From an uncultured Gemmatimonadales bacterium (GTDB lineage: Bacteria > Gemmatimonadota > Gemmatimonadetes > Longimicrobiales > RSA9), in assembly GCA_963741945.1 (NCBI GenBank), contig CAVUKA010000005.1, positions 128,001 to 192,000 of the forward strand: DNA of 64,000 nt. The letters are read 5' to 3'. The position numbers were made by a program, and so were the translations under genes. The notes beneath the pieces are model-generated. The model was not told the DNA's origin. It was given only the letters and a program-made list of their open reading frames with translations, and ran no database searches. This document shows, piece after piece, positions 1-10,475 of this stretch. Each line of letters opens with the position of its first letter. Position 1 is the stretch's first letter.

Positions 1-644
1 TCCGACCGGACGAAGCGCACGAGCTGGCGCACGCCGTTCGGCGTGGCATGGCCCACGGTATCCGCCAGGCAGATGCGGCGGGCGCCGTTCTCGATGGCCG
101 TCCGGTACAACGCCTTGAGCGTTTCGGGACGGGCGCGCGTGCTGTCCTCGGTCACGTACATCACCGGCAGCCCCTCGGCCACGGCGAAGCGCACGGCATC
201 CTCCGTGACGCGCAGCATCCGGTCGAGCGTCCACTCCTCCGCATACTGCCGGATGGGCGAGGATCCGATGAACGTGCACGCCTCGATGGAGATGCCCACC
301 TCCTGGCTGATGCGGGCGATCGGTTCGATGTCCGCCCGCACCGTCCGGGCGGCGCAGTTGGGCCGGATCGCCATCCCCTGCTGCGCGATCTCCGTGGCCA
401 GCGCCCGGACATCCGCCACGGCCCTGGGGCCGGCGCCCGGCAGACCAATGTCGGCGCTGTGGATCCCCAGCGCCTCCATGAGGTGCAGGATGCGGATCTT
501 GTCCGCGATGCCAGGGTCCCGCGCGGACGGCGATTGCAGCCCGTCGCGCAGCGTTTCATCATCCAGTTCGACAGGGCGAAGCGCGCCATAGTCGAACGCG
601 TCGCCGACAGTGTTCCAGTCGTGGATGAGTTCGCGCTCGTCCAT
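1..644 (-). CDS. LeuA/homocitrate-synthase-like DRE-TIM metallolyase (2-isopropylmalate synthase family), 3' end runs off the window
   Basis: Manual translation (not in ORF track): MDERELIHDWN...ELDDETLRDGLQSP...YVTEDSTRA...ICLADTVGHATP; contains the DETLRDGxQ and LADTVG motifs. Confidence 0.85.
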   Translation of the reverse strand, partial: MDERELIHDWNTVGDAFDYGALRPVELDDETLRDGLQSPSARDPGIADKIRILHLMEALGIHSADIGLPGAGPRAVADVRALATEIAQQGMAIRPNCAARTVRADIEPIARISQEVGISIEACTFIGSSPIRQYAEEWTLDRMLRVTEDAVRFAVAEGLPVMYVTEDSTRARPETLKALYRTAIENGARRICLADTVGHATPNGVRQLVRFVRS

Positions 645-776
645 GTCGATGCCCTTGTTGTTGCGGGAGGAGCTACTGCATCTAGACGGCAACGCGCGGG
701 CCTGCTCGCGGATCATGCTGGGAAGCGGAAGATGCCGCGAACACGGGCACGCTGTAAAGCCCGCGGGCGGCCGGGG

Positions 777-1766
777 CTACTCCTCGATCGTCGAATCCGG
801 CGCCACGTTCACCGTGCCGGTCACGCCGCGCACGACGGCGCGGTCCCCGATGATGCTGTCGTGCAGCTCACACTGCTCGATCATGGCGCCACGCCCCACG
901 ATGCAGTCGCGCAGGGTGGAGCCGCTGATGGCCGCCCCCTCTTCCACGGTCACGTTCGGGCCAATGCGCGAGTGCCGCAGCGTCACGCCCTCCTCCACCC
1001 GCACGGGCGCCGTCACCCGTGACGACACGGCGCCGCGGGGTGCCCGAGCGCGGCTGGTCTCCAGCAGGTGGCCGTTGGTGGCGATGAGCGTCTCCGGCTT
1101 CCCGCAGTCGTACCACCCCGCCACTTCCGCGGTACGGATCCTGGCGCCGTGGTCGATCATGTACTGGAACGCGTCCGTGAGGTAGTACTCCCCGCCCGGA
1201 CCGAGCGTGTGCTTCAGTGTGTCGCGGATCCCTTCGAACAGCATGGTCGAGTCGCGGATGTAGTAGAGGCCGATGTTGGCCAGCTTCGAGATCGGGTCCT
1301 TCGGCTTCTCGATGATCCGCTGCATGTATCCCCGGTCGTCCGTCAGGATCACGCCGAAGCGCTGGTAGTCCTCCACCTCCTTCGCCCAGATCACGCCGGC
1401 CTCGTCCGCCGGCAGGTCCCCGATGATGGAGAGGTCGGCGTCGAAGAGGGTGTCCACGAATATGATGAGGGCGTCGTCGTCGATGTACGGCTCCGCCAGC
1501 CTCACCGCGCCCGCCGTCCCGTCCTGGACCTTCTGCTCCACGTAGTGCACCGTGAAGCCGGGGTATTCCCGGGCGATGTAGTCCTCGATGTGCTCCTTCA
1601 GGTACCCCGTGATGAAGACGATCTCCTCCACCCCGAGCTCCTTCAGGTCGTCCAGGATGTAGCTCATCACGGGACGTCCGCCCACGCGCACGAGCGGCTT
1701 CGGCGTGGCATAGGTGTGCGGACGCAGGCGCGTCCCCTTGCCTGCCAGCGGGATGACGACCTTCAC
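777..1766 (-). CDS. Sugar-phosphate nucleotidyltransferase (glucose-1-phosphate thymidylyltransferase-like) with C-terminal left-handed beta-helix
   Basis: IPLAGKGTRLRPHT..PKPL, QDGTAGA, IEKP, YYLTDA, WYDCG; hexapeptide repeats at C-terminus; GTG start. Confidence 0.9.
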   Translation of the reverse strand: MKVVIPLAGKGTRLRPHTYATPKPLVRVGGRPVMSYILDDLKELGVEEIVFITGYLKEHIEDYIAREYPGFTVHYVEQKVQDGTAGAVRLAEPYIDDDALIIFVDTLFDADLSIIGDLPADEAGVIWAKEVEDYQRFGVILTDDRGYMQRIIEKPKDPISKLANIGLYYIRDSTMLFEGIRDTLKHTLGPGGEYYLTDAFQYMIDHGARIRTAEVAGWYDCGKPETLIATNGHLLETSRARAPRGAVSSRVTAPVRVEEGVTLRHSRIGPNVTVEEGAAISGSTLRDCIVGRGAMIEQCELHDSIIGDRAVVRGVTGTVNVAPDSTIEE

Positions 1767-1912
1767 CTCGGCTCCTCGTTCGGGTTCGTCCGGTACGGCG
1801 GTTGCGCGGGCATGCAAGCCCGGTACCCCGCGCCGGCAGAATACCCGCCGGGCACCGGACGCGTCAACGCGACATCCTCGCGCGGGGTCGGCGTCGCTTC
1901 TATCTTTTCGGC

Positions 1913-2650
1913 ATGATGAGAACAGTCACGATTTTCGTTGCGGCCGCGCTGACCGGCTGCGCATCGCTGCCCGCGACCACGGCCGCGCAGCAGCCGGAGC
2001 CCGGCGTGCCTTCCGTCACGCGCAGCATCCAGGTGAACGCGCAGGCATCGGTTGCGCGGGTGCCCGACAGGGCCACCGTGGAGCTGGCGGTGGAGACCAC
2101 GGCGAAGACGGCGCAGGAGGCCGCGGCCCAGAACGCGCGGGCCATGAAGGCCGTGCTCGATGCGGTGCGCGCCGTCGGCGTGCCCGAGCGCAACATCCGG
2201 ACGCGCCGCGTGGAGCTTTCGCCGCGCTACAACAATCCTGGCCCGGACGCGACGCGCTCCATCATGGGCTACCAGGCCACGAACCAGGTCAGTGTGCGCC
2301 TCGAGGAGCTGGATCGCCTGGGCGCGGTGATCGATGCGGCGGTCGCGGCCGGCGCGAACCGGGTCACCGGCGTCCGCTTCGAGCTGGCGGAGCCCGACGA
2401 TGCGTACCGGGAAGCCCTGCGCGCGGCCATCACGCGGGCCACGAGTGAAGCCCGCACCATCGCCGACGCGCTGGGCGAGACGCTCGGGCCGCCACTGGAA
2501 GTCTCCACGGGCGGGTTCTCGCCGCCGTCCATGCCGATGGCCATGGAGTCGGCGAGGATGCGGACGGCTGGCGACTTCGCACCGCCCGTCCAGCCGGGCG
2601 AGATGGAGATCCAGGCCAGCGTGAGCATTCGATTCCGCCTGGGGACGTGA
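1913..2650 (+). CDS. SIMPL (DUF541) domain lipoprotein
   Basis: Lipobox LTGC; VPDRA, GYQATNQV, AGANRVTGVRF, PVQPGE motifs. Confidence 0.85.
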   Translation: MMRTVTIFVAAALTGCASLPATTAAQQPEPGVPSVTRSIQVNAQASVARVPDRATVELAVETTAKTAQEAAAQNARAMKAVLDAVRAVGVPERNIRTRRVELSPRYNNPGPDATRSIMGYQATNQVSVRLEELDRLGAVIDAAVAAGANRVTGVRFELAEPDDAYREALRAAITRATSEARTIADALGETLGPPLEVSTGGFSPPSMPMAMESARMRTAGDFAPPVQPGEMEIQASVSIRFRLGT

Positions 2651-3075
2651 CATCCGACCGGCTGCAGTCGCTGTGGGTCGGGCTGACGCGGAACGTGGCG
2701 TTCACCGCCCCGACCTCCGACGACCCGCGCCTTCGCGGGCGCACGTACGCCATCCCGTTCGACGACGTGTGGCGGGCCTCCGTGCGGCTCGTGGCCGGCG
2801 GGCTCCGCCACTGGGAGCTGCTGGAGTCCGATGACGAGGACGGGATCATCCGGGGCGCGGTCCACGGGCGCATCCACGCTTTCGACAGCGCGGTGACCAT
2901 CCGGATCACGCTGGACCTGGATGCGCAGACGCGCGTGGACGCACTGGCGGCGGCCCTCACCGGGGGCGGCGACCTGGGCGCCGGGGTCCGCCGGCTCCGT
3001 CGCTTTTTCGCGGCCCTGGACGGCGAGCTCGGGCGGGCCCGTGGTGGGCGCATCGATTCCGCTCGCCTGGCCTGA
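2647..3075 (+). CDS. DUF1499-like protein
   Basis: LTRNVAFT..DDPRLRGRTY and GDLGAGVRRLRRFF; GTGA overlap with upstream stop. Confidence 0.6.
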   Translation: MTSDRLQSLWVGLTRNVAFTAPTSDDPRLRGRTYAIPFDDVWRASVRLVAGGLRHWELLESDDEDGIIRGAVHGRIHAFDSAVTIRITLDLDAQTRVDALAAALTGGGDLGAGVRRLRRFFAALDGELGRARGGRIDSARLA

Positions 3076-3092
3076 GGCGCGGCTCCCGCCTG

Positions 3093-3908
3093 GTGATCGA
3101 TTTCCACACCCACCCCTGGCTCCCGCGCTTCCTGAACCCGGGGACGGAAGCGTTCATCCGCGGGATCTCGCCCGCAGTGGCCGAGCACGGCGACCAGCTC
3201 TCGGACCCGTCGTACGCGGCGGAAGTGCTGCGGTCGCAGGGAGTGGAGCGCGCCGTGGTCCTGCCGGAGCACTGCCGGGAATCGTCCGGCGACGTGCGCA
3301 CCGAGACGGTGCTGGCGTTCTGCGCTGCGGAGCCCGGCTTCTACACCCCGTTCGCCAGCGTGAATCCGAACCTGGATCCGGACCCGGGCGCGCTGTTGAG
3401 GACCTACATCGCGGCCGGTGCCCGGGGCCTGAAGCTCTACCCGTCGTACCAGTTCTTCCACCCGGACGAGCCCCGGCTCTATCCGATCTACGAAGCGTGC
3501 GTCGACACGGGCATCCCCCTGCTCCTGCACGTGGGCAGCTCCGTGCTCCCCGGCACGCGCCTCGAGTACTGCAACCCCGTCCATCTCGGACCCGTCGCGC
3601 GCGACTTCCCCGACCTGCGCATTGTCATGGCGCACGGGGGGCGCGGCCACTGGTACGACGAGTGCGCCCGCATGGTGGAGACGCACGAGCGCGTGTACAT
3701 CGACGTTGCCGGCCTCGTCCCCGCGCGCCTGCTCGAGCACTTCCCCTCCCTCGCCGCCCTGCCCGAGCGATTCGTCTTCGGCAGCGATTGGCCGGCCATG
3801 CCCAAGAGCGTGGCACACAACGTCGCAGCGATCCGGCAGCTCGGTCTCGGACCGGCCGCCGAGCGGCTCGTTCTGCGCGACAACGCCGCCCGACTGCTGC
3901 GCCTCTGA
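3093..3908 (+). CDS. Amidohydrolase family protein (Amidohydro_2)
   Basis: IDFHTH, GLKLYP, LLHVG, MAHGG, FGSDWP motifs. Confidence 0.9.
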   Translation: MIDFHTHPWLPRFLNPGTEAFIRGISPAVAEHGDQLSDPSYAAEVLRSQGVERAVVLPEHCRESSGDVRTETVLAFCAAEPGFYTPFASVNPNLDPDPGALLRTYIAAGARGLKLYPSYQFFHPDEPRLYPIYEACVDTGIPLLLHVGSSVLPGTRLEYCNPVHLGPVARDFPDLRIVMAHGGRGHWYDECARMVETHERVYIDVAGLVPARLLEHFPSLAALPERFVFGSDWPAMPKSVAHNVAAIRQLGLGPAAERLVLRDNAARLLRL

Positions 3909-3995
3909 CGCCCGCCGGGCGCCACGTCGCTGGTCCCGAACGTGCAGCCCCCTGAAGGACCGGCACCCCGACTCTCTCGAACGACCCGCGAGGCA

Positions 3996-6410
3996 ATGGC
4001 GCAAAAGAGAAAGACCGATACACTGCCGTTGATGCCGCTCCGTAGCACGGTGGTGTACCCGTCCGCCGCCATGTCGGTGCAGATCGGCATGCCGGAGACG
4101 CTCGCAATGCTGGACGCGTTTCCGGGCGACGCCCTGGAGGTGGTGACCGTGTTCGATCCCGGGGGCGCGGATGAGCCGGTCGACCGTGACAAGCTGGTGA
4201 AGATCGGGGTGCGATCGAGGCTGACGGACCGGCTCTACATGCCGGGCGGCTCCGTCCAGGCCACCGTTCAGGGTGTCCAGCGAGTCCGGATCCGGAGCGT
4301 GGAGCAGCGCGATGGCTATTACATGGGCACCATCGAGGCGGTGCTTGAGAAGGAGCCCGCGCCCGAGGAGGCGGAGGAGGTCATCACCCGTATCCTGACG
4401 GCGCTCGACACGCTGGCGGCGGAGATCGAGCGCATCTCCGCGGAGATCCCGGCCGTGCTGCGGATGAACGTGGGCAAGCCCGGCCGGTTCGCGGACCTCG
4501 TCGCCACGCTCGCCCACTTCACCGTACCCGGGAAGGACGAGGTGCTCCAGCGCCTGGACGTGCGCGCGCGGCTGCGCTTCGTGCTGCGTGAGCTGGAGGC
4601 GGCCGTGGCGCGGGTGGAAGAGACCGAGGCAGCGGCCGCGGAGGCGACAACGGAACGGAAGCCGCGGGAGCGGGCTGCGGACCTGCGTCGCCAGATCCGG
4701 CGGCTGGAGGTGCAGCTCGGGCGGCTGGACCCGGCGGAGCGCGAGGCGGTGCAGCTGCTGCAGCGCCTCGAGGCATCGCACCTCCCCGCGCGCATCGCCA
4801 GCCGCGCGCGGCAGGAGGTGGAGCGGCTGCGCACAGCCGGAGCCGCGGGGCCGGAAGCCGACGAGATCCGCGCGTACGTGGACTGGCTCCTCCACATGCC
4901 GTGGGACAAGTGCTCCACGGACGGACCGTCCCGGATCGACCTGGAGGGCGTTCGCACCGCCCTGGATGAGCGGCTGCTCGGACTCGAGGAGCCGAAGGAG
5001 CGGCTGCTGGACGACCTGGCCGTGGCGCGGCTGCGCGGTGACCTGCGCGGTCCCATCCCCTGCATCGTCGGACCCCCCGACGTGGGCAAGAGCGCGCTCG
5101 TGGCCGCAATGGCCGCAGGGCTGGGCCGCTCTGTCGCCCGGATCGACCTGGGCGGACGCGGTGAGGCCGAGCTGGTGGGCGCCCGCCGCACGCAGCGCGA
5201 TGCCGCGCCCGGCAAGCTCGCGGCCGCGTTCCGCGACCTGGGCGCCTGCGATCCCGTGCTGGTCCTGGACGAGATCGACCTGATCGGGCTCGGGAAAGTG
5301 GAGGGCGACCCCGTAGCCGCACTGGAGGAAGCGCTGGCCTGGGAGACGCGCTCGGCGTTCGTGGACCGCTATCTGGACGTGGAGCTCGACCTCTCCCGCG
5401 CGGTCATCGTGGCCATTGCGCAGGACTTTCAGCGCATCCCCCGCGACTTGCGGGAGAAGCTGGTGGAAATCCGGCTGGCCGGCTACACGCCAGAGGAGAA
5501 GGTGGCCATCGCCCGGGAGAAGCTGCTTCCCCTGATGGTGGCCGAGCACGGCCTCGACTCCGACGACGTGGTCTTCTCCGACGCGGCCCTCTTCGACCTC
5601 ATCCGCGGCTACGCCCGCGACTCGGGGATGGAGCGCACGCGCCGCACGCTCGCCACACTGCTGCGCACCCGCGCTCGCGCGAAAGCGGGCGGCGATGAGG
5701 GGGTCTGGGTATTCGACGACGAGCGAATCGAAGAGATCCTCGGACCCGTCCGCTACGTGGCCACGCCGGCCGAGAGCGCACCGGAAGTGGGCGTCGTCAC
5801 CGGGCTCGCCTGGACGGCTTCCGGTGGCGAGCTGCTCTTCATCGAGGCCCTCCAGATGCCGGGGTCCGGACGCCTCATCATCACCGGCTACCTGGGCGAC
5901 GTCATGCGCGAGTCGGTGACCGCGGCCTATTCCTACGTCCGGAGCCGGGCCCCGGACCTCGGGATCCAGGACCTGGATTTCGGCGAGATCGACGTTCACG
6001 TCCACTTCCCCGTCGGCGCGGTCCCCAAGGATGGACCGTCCGCCGGCATTGCCGTGACGCTCGCCGTCGCCTCCTCCCTGGCCGGGCTACCCGTCCGTCA
6101 CGACATTGCCATGACCGGCGAAGTGACGCTGCGGGGCAAGGTCCTGGAAGTGGGCGGGATCAAGGAGAAGGTCCTGGCTGCCTACCGGGCGGGCATCCGC
6201 CAGGTCATCCTCCCCGCCGGCAACGAGCGGGACCTGCGGGATGTGCCCGATGCAGCGCGCCGGAAGACCCGGTTCCACTTCGTGGAGAGCATGGACCAGG
6301 TGCTCGACCTCGCCCTCATGCGCAAGCCCGAGCTCGCCGAAGGCGGCACACCTCGCCCCAAGAAGGACCGCCCCGATCGGGCCGAGAAACGGGCGGCGCA
6401 GGAACGGTAG
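3996..6410 (+). CDS. lon: Lon (endopeptidase La) family protease with divergent AAA+ module
   Basis: N-domain LPLMPLR, YVDWLLHMPW, Walker A GPPDVGKS, Walker B LVLDEID, GLAWT, PKDGPSAG, MTGEVTLRG, GGIKEK. Confidence 0.9.
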   Translation: MAQKRKTDTLPLMPLRSTVVYPSAAMSVQIGMPETLAMLDAFPGDALEVVTVFDPGGADEPVDRDKLVKIGVRSRLTDRLYMPGGSVQATVQGVQRVRIRSVEQRDGYYMGTIEAVLEKEPAPEEAEEVITRILTALDTLAAEIERISAEIPAVLRMNVGKPGRFADLVATLAHFTVPGKDEVLQRLDVRARLRFVLRELEAAVARVEETEAAAAEATTERKPRERAADLRRQIRRLEVQLGRLDPAEREAVQLLQRLEASHLPARIASRARQEVERLRTAGAAGPEADEIRAYVDWLLHMPWDKCSTDGPSRIDLEGVRTALDERLLGLEEPKERLLDDLAVARLRGDLRGPIPCIVGPPDVGKSALVAAMAAGLGRSVARIDLGGRGEAELVGARRTQRDAAPGKLAAAFRDLGACDPVLVLDEIDLIGLGKVEGDPVAALEEALAWETRSAFVDRYLDVELDLSRAVIVAIAQDFQRIPRDLREKLVEIRLAGYTPEEKVAIAREKLLPLMVAEHGLDSDDVVFSDAALFDLIRGYARDSGMERTRRTLATLLRTRARAKAGGDEGVWVFDDERIEEILGPVRYVATPAESAPEVGVVTGLAWTASGGELLFIEALQMPGSGRLIITGYLGDVMRESVTAAYSYVRSRAPDLGIQDLDFGEIDVHVHFPVGAVPKDGPSAGIAVTLAVASSLAGLPVRHDIAMTGEVTLRGKVLEVGGIKEKVLAAYRAGIRQVILPAGNERDLRDVPDAARRKTRFHFVESMDQVLDLALMRKPELAEGGTPRPKKDRPDRAEKRAAQER

Positions 6411-6431
6411 GCCGCGCGAGATCCAGCCTCC

Positions 6432-7727
6432 TCACCCGCCCATGCGGATGGGGTGGTCCACCACTCTCGGCTCCAGCACCTCCCCCTCGGAGCGGGCCAC
6501 GAAGCTGGCGGCGGTGAGGTCGCCCGTGACGTTCACGGCCGTGCGCAGCATGTCCAGGATCCGGTCCACGCCCAGGATCAGGGCGATCCCCGCGGCCGCG
6601 TGGCCGCCGAGCCCCACGGAGTTCAGGACCAGGACCAGGATGATGATCCCCGCACTGGGCACGCCCGCCGCGCCGATGCTGGCGAGCGTGGCCGTGAGGA
6701 CGATCGTGAGCTGCTCGAGCGGCCCGAGCGACACCCCGTAGATCTGGGCGATGAACATGGTGGCCACGGCCTGGTACAGGGCGGTACCGTCCATGTTGAT
6801 GGTGGCGCCGAGCGGGAGGACGAAGCTGGCCACGGAGTTGGAGATGCCGAGGTCCTCCTCCGCCGTTTCCATGGTCACCGGGAGCGTCGCGTTCGAGCTG
6901 GACGTGGAAAATGCCACCACGGGCGCTTCGATGATGCGGCGGAAGAACGTGGCCGGGTTCATCTTCACGAGGAACCGGATGATCAGCCCGTACGTCCCGA
7001 ACGCGTGGAGGGCGAGGCCCGCCACCACGGTGAGCGTGTAAATGAAGAGGGAGCGCAGGAGGTCGAGCCCGAAGCGGGCGACGACGGAGGCGATCAGGGC
7101 GAACACCGCGTACGGCGCCAGCTTCATGATCCAGTCGATCAGGACCATGACGGCGTCGTTCACGCCTTCCGCCACCATGAGCACGGCTCTTCGCTTCTCC
7201 TCCTCGACCAGCGTTATGGCGGCGCCGAACAGGACGGTGAAGACGATGAGCGGCAGCAGGTCCATGTTCGCCGCCGCCTGCACCGGGTTGCGCGGGATCA
7301 TCTCCAGAAGCGTCTGCACCACGGGCGGCTTCTCCGCCGCCAGCTCCACGCTCTGGCCCGCCTGCGCCGCGTAGGCCTGCGACAGTTCGTCACGGGTGGC
7401 CGGGTCAATGCGGCCTCCGGGCCGCACCACGTTCGACAGCACGATCCCGATGGTCACGGCGACGGCCGTGGTGACCATGTAGTACGCCACCGTCTTCCCG
7501 CCGATCCGCCCCAGCTTCCGCAGGTCGCCCAGCGACGCCGTGCCAATGAGCAGACTGGCGGCCACCAGCGGGACCACCACCATGGTGATGAGCCGGATGA
7601 ACACGGTTCCGAGGGGCTCGATCGCGACCAGCGTCGCCTGGAGCCACTCGAGCCCCATCAGGTTCGCGATCATGCCCACAGCGACACCGAGGGCGAGACC
7701 GATGAGGATCTTGGTATAGAGCTGCAT
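6432..7727 (-). CDS. Dicarboxylate/amino acid:cation symporter (DAACS, GltP/DctA family)
   Basis: AFSTSSSNATLP, LPLGATINMDGTALY, DRILDMLRTAVNVTGD. Confidence 0.95.
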   Translation of the reverse strand: MQLYTKILIGLALGVAVGMIANLMGLEWLQATLVAIEPLGTVFIRLITMVVVPLVAASLLIGTASLGDLRKLGRIGGKTVAYYMVTTAVAVTIGIVLSNVVRPGGRIDPATRDELSQAYAAQAGQSVELAAEKPPVVQTLLEMIPRNPVQAAANMDLLPLIVFTVLFGAAITLVEEEKRRAVLMVAEGVNDAVMVLIDWIMKLAPYAVFALIASVVARFGLDLLRSLFIYTLTVVAGLALHAFGTYGLIIRFLVKMNPATFFRRIIEAPVVAFSTSSSNATLPVTMETAEEDLGISNSVASFVLPLGATINMDGTALYQAVATMFIAQIYGVSLGPLEQLTIVLTATLASIGAAGVPSAGIIILVLVLNSVGLGGHAAAGIALILGVDRILDMLRTAVNVTGDLTAASFVARSEGEVLEPRVVDHPIRMGG

Positions 7728-7863
7728 AGCCGTTCTGCGCTGTTCTCCGGGGGTCCCGGCCCAGGGCGGCCGGAGGCAGCCGAAGTTAGCGGGCGACGGA
7801 GCACGGTGCTAGTTTTCGGCGCTCGTGAACGGCCTCGCCGCCGCCGCACCGACCCTGGAATCC

Positions 7864-8910
7864 ATGCCGTCACGCTCGAAATCCATCGCGCCGGCGCTTC
7901 TGCTCGCCGCCCTCCTGGCCGGGAGCGCGTGTGACCGCCCCGCCGCCGTGCGTACGACGAGGACCGCCCGGACCGCCGCCGCCCGCCCCGATTTCGGCCC
8001 GACGGCCGGCTACGACCGCGTCTTCGTCTTCCTGGGGCCCGGCACCGAGATGCCCGCCGCCGCCGTATTCGACTTCACCACGCTCTCCGACAGCAGCGGC
8101 GTCCGGCGGGGCGAGCGCGTGCGGGTGCTGGACGGTCGCGACTGGATCCCGCTCCTGGATGAAGGCTGGCGCGGAGACCCGCTGCGTGAGCCGTGGCGCA
8201 TCGTCCCCCACGGCTCGCTCAAGCTGATCGTGGGCGATGGCGGCGAGATCTCCGCGCTCGCCGTGGGCGGTGATCCGGACGTGCGCCTCGAGCCGGGCGC
8301 CACGCTGGCGGAGGACAGCCCGGGGGCGGGCACGCAGCTGCTCCTGAGACAGGCCACGCTCCGTGTGGACGGGGGAACGGTGGACGGTGTGGTGCTGGAC
8401 GCGCAGCTCGGCCGGCCGGTGCCGGAGGGGCTCGCTCGCGACCTCGCCCGCCTCGCCGCCCGTTCCGATTCCGCCACAGAGGCGGCCCTGAGCCAGGGCG
8501 GCCCATCGGCAGTTCCGGGCCCGGATGAGGACGGCACGGCCATCGCCTGGGCCGGCGCGCAGGCGTTCCTCCTGGACAACACCGGCTACTACGCCGTGTT
8601 CGTCGCGTCCGCGGACGGGGACGTGACCTGGATCCACGACGTGGACCACGACGATGTCCGGCGGAACGCGCGGCTGGAGCCGACGGCATGGGAGGACTTC
8701 CGCGCCGCGTCCGTCCAGTTCCCGACGGCATGGCGGGTGAGCGCGCCGGGCGAGGAGCTGGCGGGCGAGCTGCGCGCGGAAGCGGCGGACCACACCGTCC
8801 TGCGCGATCTGCCCGGGCTCTCTGCCCTCGGGTACGTCGTGGTGTCCGGCTGGATCGAGGACCGGGGATTGCGGCGCGGCGTTTTCGGTCTCGTGCGGCA
8901 GGTCCGGTGA
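7864..8910 (+). CDS. Hypothetical lipoprotein
   Basis: Signal peptide ending AGSAC; GC-typical codon usage; stop overlaps next start. Confidence 0.65.
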   Translation: MPSRSKSIAPALLLAALLAGSACDRPAAVRTTRTARTAAARPDFGPTAGYDRVFVFLGPGTEMPAAAVFDFTTLSDSSGVRRGERVRVLDGRDWIPLLDEGWRGDPLREPWRIVPHGSLKLIVGDGGEISALAVGGDPDVRLEPGATLAEDSPGAGTQLLLRQATLRVDGGTVDGVVLDAQLGRPVPEGLARDLARLAARSDSATEAALSQGGPSAVPGPDEDGTAIAWAGAQAFLLDNTGYYAVFVASADGDVTWIHDVDHDDVRRNARLEPTAWEDFRAASVQFPTAWRVSAPGEELAGELRAEAADHTVLRDLPGLSALGYVVVSGWIEDRGLRRGVFGLVRQVR

Positions 8911-10475
8911 TCCTCTCGCCCGCCCTCCAGGCCACCGTCACGGTGGCGTTCGGCGCCCTCGCGGGCGGGATCACGAACAGCGTCGCCATCTGGATGCTGT
9001 TCCACCCGTACGACCCGCCGCGGCTCGGGCGATGGCGGCTCCGGCTGCTGCAGGGGGCCATTCCGAAGAACCGGGAGCGACTCGCGGCGGCCATGGGGCG
9101 GACCGTGGGCGAGCGCCTGCTCACCGGCGACGACCTGGCCCGCGCGCTGGCCGAGCCCGCATTCCGTGAGACGTTCGAAGAGCGCCTCGACCACTTCCTC
9201 CGCGACCTGCTCGAGCAGGAGCGCCCTTCGCTGGCGGAGCTGTTCCCGGCCCGGGCGCTCGACGAGCTCCGGCCGCTGCTGGACGACGTGGTGGACTCCG
9301 GGCTGGGTCGCCTCGACGACTACCTCGAAAGCGAGGCGTTCGTGGAAGCGGCGCGGCGCTGGAGCGCGCGGCTCATGGGCGAAGTGCGGGACCGGCCCAT
9401 CGCCGAGCTGCTCACGGTGGAGCGGGAGGAGGCGCTCACGGAGATGGCGCACCGGTTCATCCGGGAAGCCGTGGGTGGCGCCGGCTTCGAGCTGGCCGTG
9501 CACGATTACCTGGACCGCGCGGCCGTCCGGCTGCTGGCTCCCGGGCGCACGTTCGAAGCGCTCCTCCCCACCGGACTGGTCGCGGCGGTGGAGAAGGCCA
9601 TCGCGGGCTACCTGCCGCTGGCCATCGAGCGGCTGGCCGGGCTGCTGGACGACCCGGACGCCCGCGAGAAGCTGAGGGCGGTGCTGCACCGCCTGCTGGA
9701 GCGCTTCCTCCAGGACCTGAACTTCTACAAGCGCGTGGTGGCCGCGCTCATCATCCCGCCCGACACCGTGGACCGGGTGATCCGGGCCATGGAGTCCGAG
9801 GGCGCCGCCAACCTGTCCGAGCTCCTGCACGAGCCCGCCGTGCGGGACGCCATGGCGCGCAGCGTCAATGACGCCATCGTGGATCTCCTCCGTCGCCCGG
9901 TGGCGGAAGTGCTGGGGCGCCCGGGCGATCCGACGGTGGAGCAGGCGAAGGAGACGGTGGGCGGCTGGGTTCTCGGCGTCGCCCGGGACCCGCAGACGGG
10001 GGAGTTCCTGGTCGAGAAGCTGCGCTCCACGCTGGGCGCCGCGGAGCAGCGCACGTGGGGCGACCTGCTCGGGCGGCTGCCACCGGAGCGGGTGGCGGAC
10101 ACAGTGGTGTCCGCTGCGCGAAGCGAGGAAGCGGCGGCGCTCTACCGCGAAGTGGCCGAGCGCGGAGTGGAGCTGCTGCTGAGCCGGCCGATCGGGCGGC
10201 CGGCGGACCTGCTGGGGGAGGACGCGGCGGACCGGGTCGGCGGCGCGCTCCAGGACCCGCTCTGGAAGTGGCTGCAGGAGCAGGTGCCCGCCGTGGCGCA
10301 GCGGATCGATGTGGCGGGCAAGGTCGAGCAGAAGATCCTGGACTACCCCATGCGGAAAGTGGAGGAGCTGGTCCGGGGCGTGACCCAGCGGGAGCTGCAG
10401 CTGATCGTGTACCTGGGCTACGTCCTCGGCGCCATCATCGGAGTCAGCCTCGTGGTGGTCCAGGCGTTCACGTGA
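8907..10475 (+). CDS. DUF445 family membrane protein
   Basis: GGITNSVAIWMLFHPY, GAIPKNRERLA, C-terminal ELQLIVYLGYVLGAIIG. Confidence 0.85.
   Translation: MILSPALQATVTVAFGALAGGITNSVAIWMLFHPYDPPRLGRWRLRLLQGAIPKNRERLAAAMGRTVGERLLTGDDLARALAEPAFRETFEERLDHFLRDLLEQERPSLAELFPARALDELRPLLDDVVDSGLGRLDDYLESEAFVEAARRWSARLMGEVRDRPIAELLTVEREEALTEMAHRFIREAVGGAGFELAVHDYLDRAAVRLLAPGRTFEALLPTGLVAAVEKAIAGYLPLAIERLAGLLDDPDAREKLRAVLHRLLERFLQDLNFYKRVVAALIIPPDTVDRVIRAMESEGAANLSELLHEPAVRDAMARSVNDAIVDLLRRPVAEVLGRPGDPTVEQAKETVGGWVLGVARDPQTGEFLVEKLRSTLGAAEQRTWGDLLGRLPPERVADTVVSAARSEEAAALYREVAERGVELLLSRPIGRPADLLGEDAADRVGGALQDPLWKWLQEQVPAVAQRIDVAGKVEQKILDYPMRKVEELVRGVTQRELQLIVYLGYVLGAIIGVSLVVVQAFT

Noticed and set aside
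2430-6005. 1191-aa minus-strand ORF (and similar long ORFs such as 17846..19810, 31598..33439, 46500..47864)
   Set aside because: Antisense shadows of well-supported genes, expected in high-GC DNA; no recognisable motifs.
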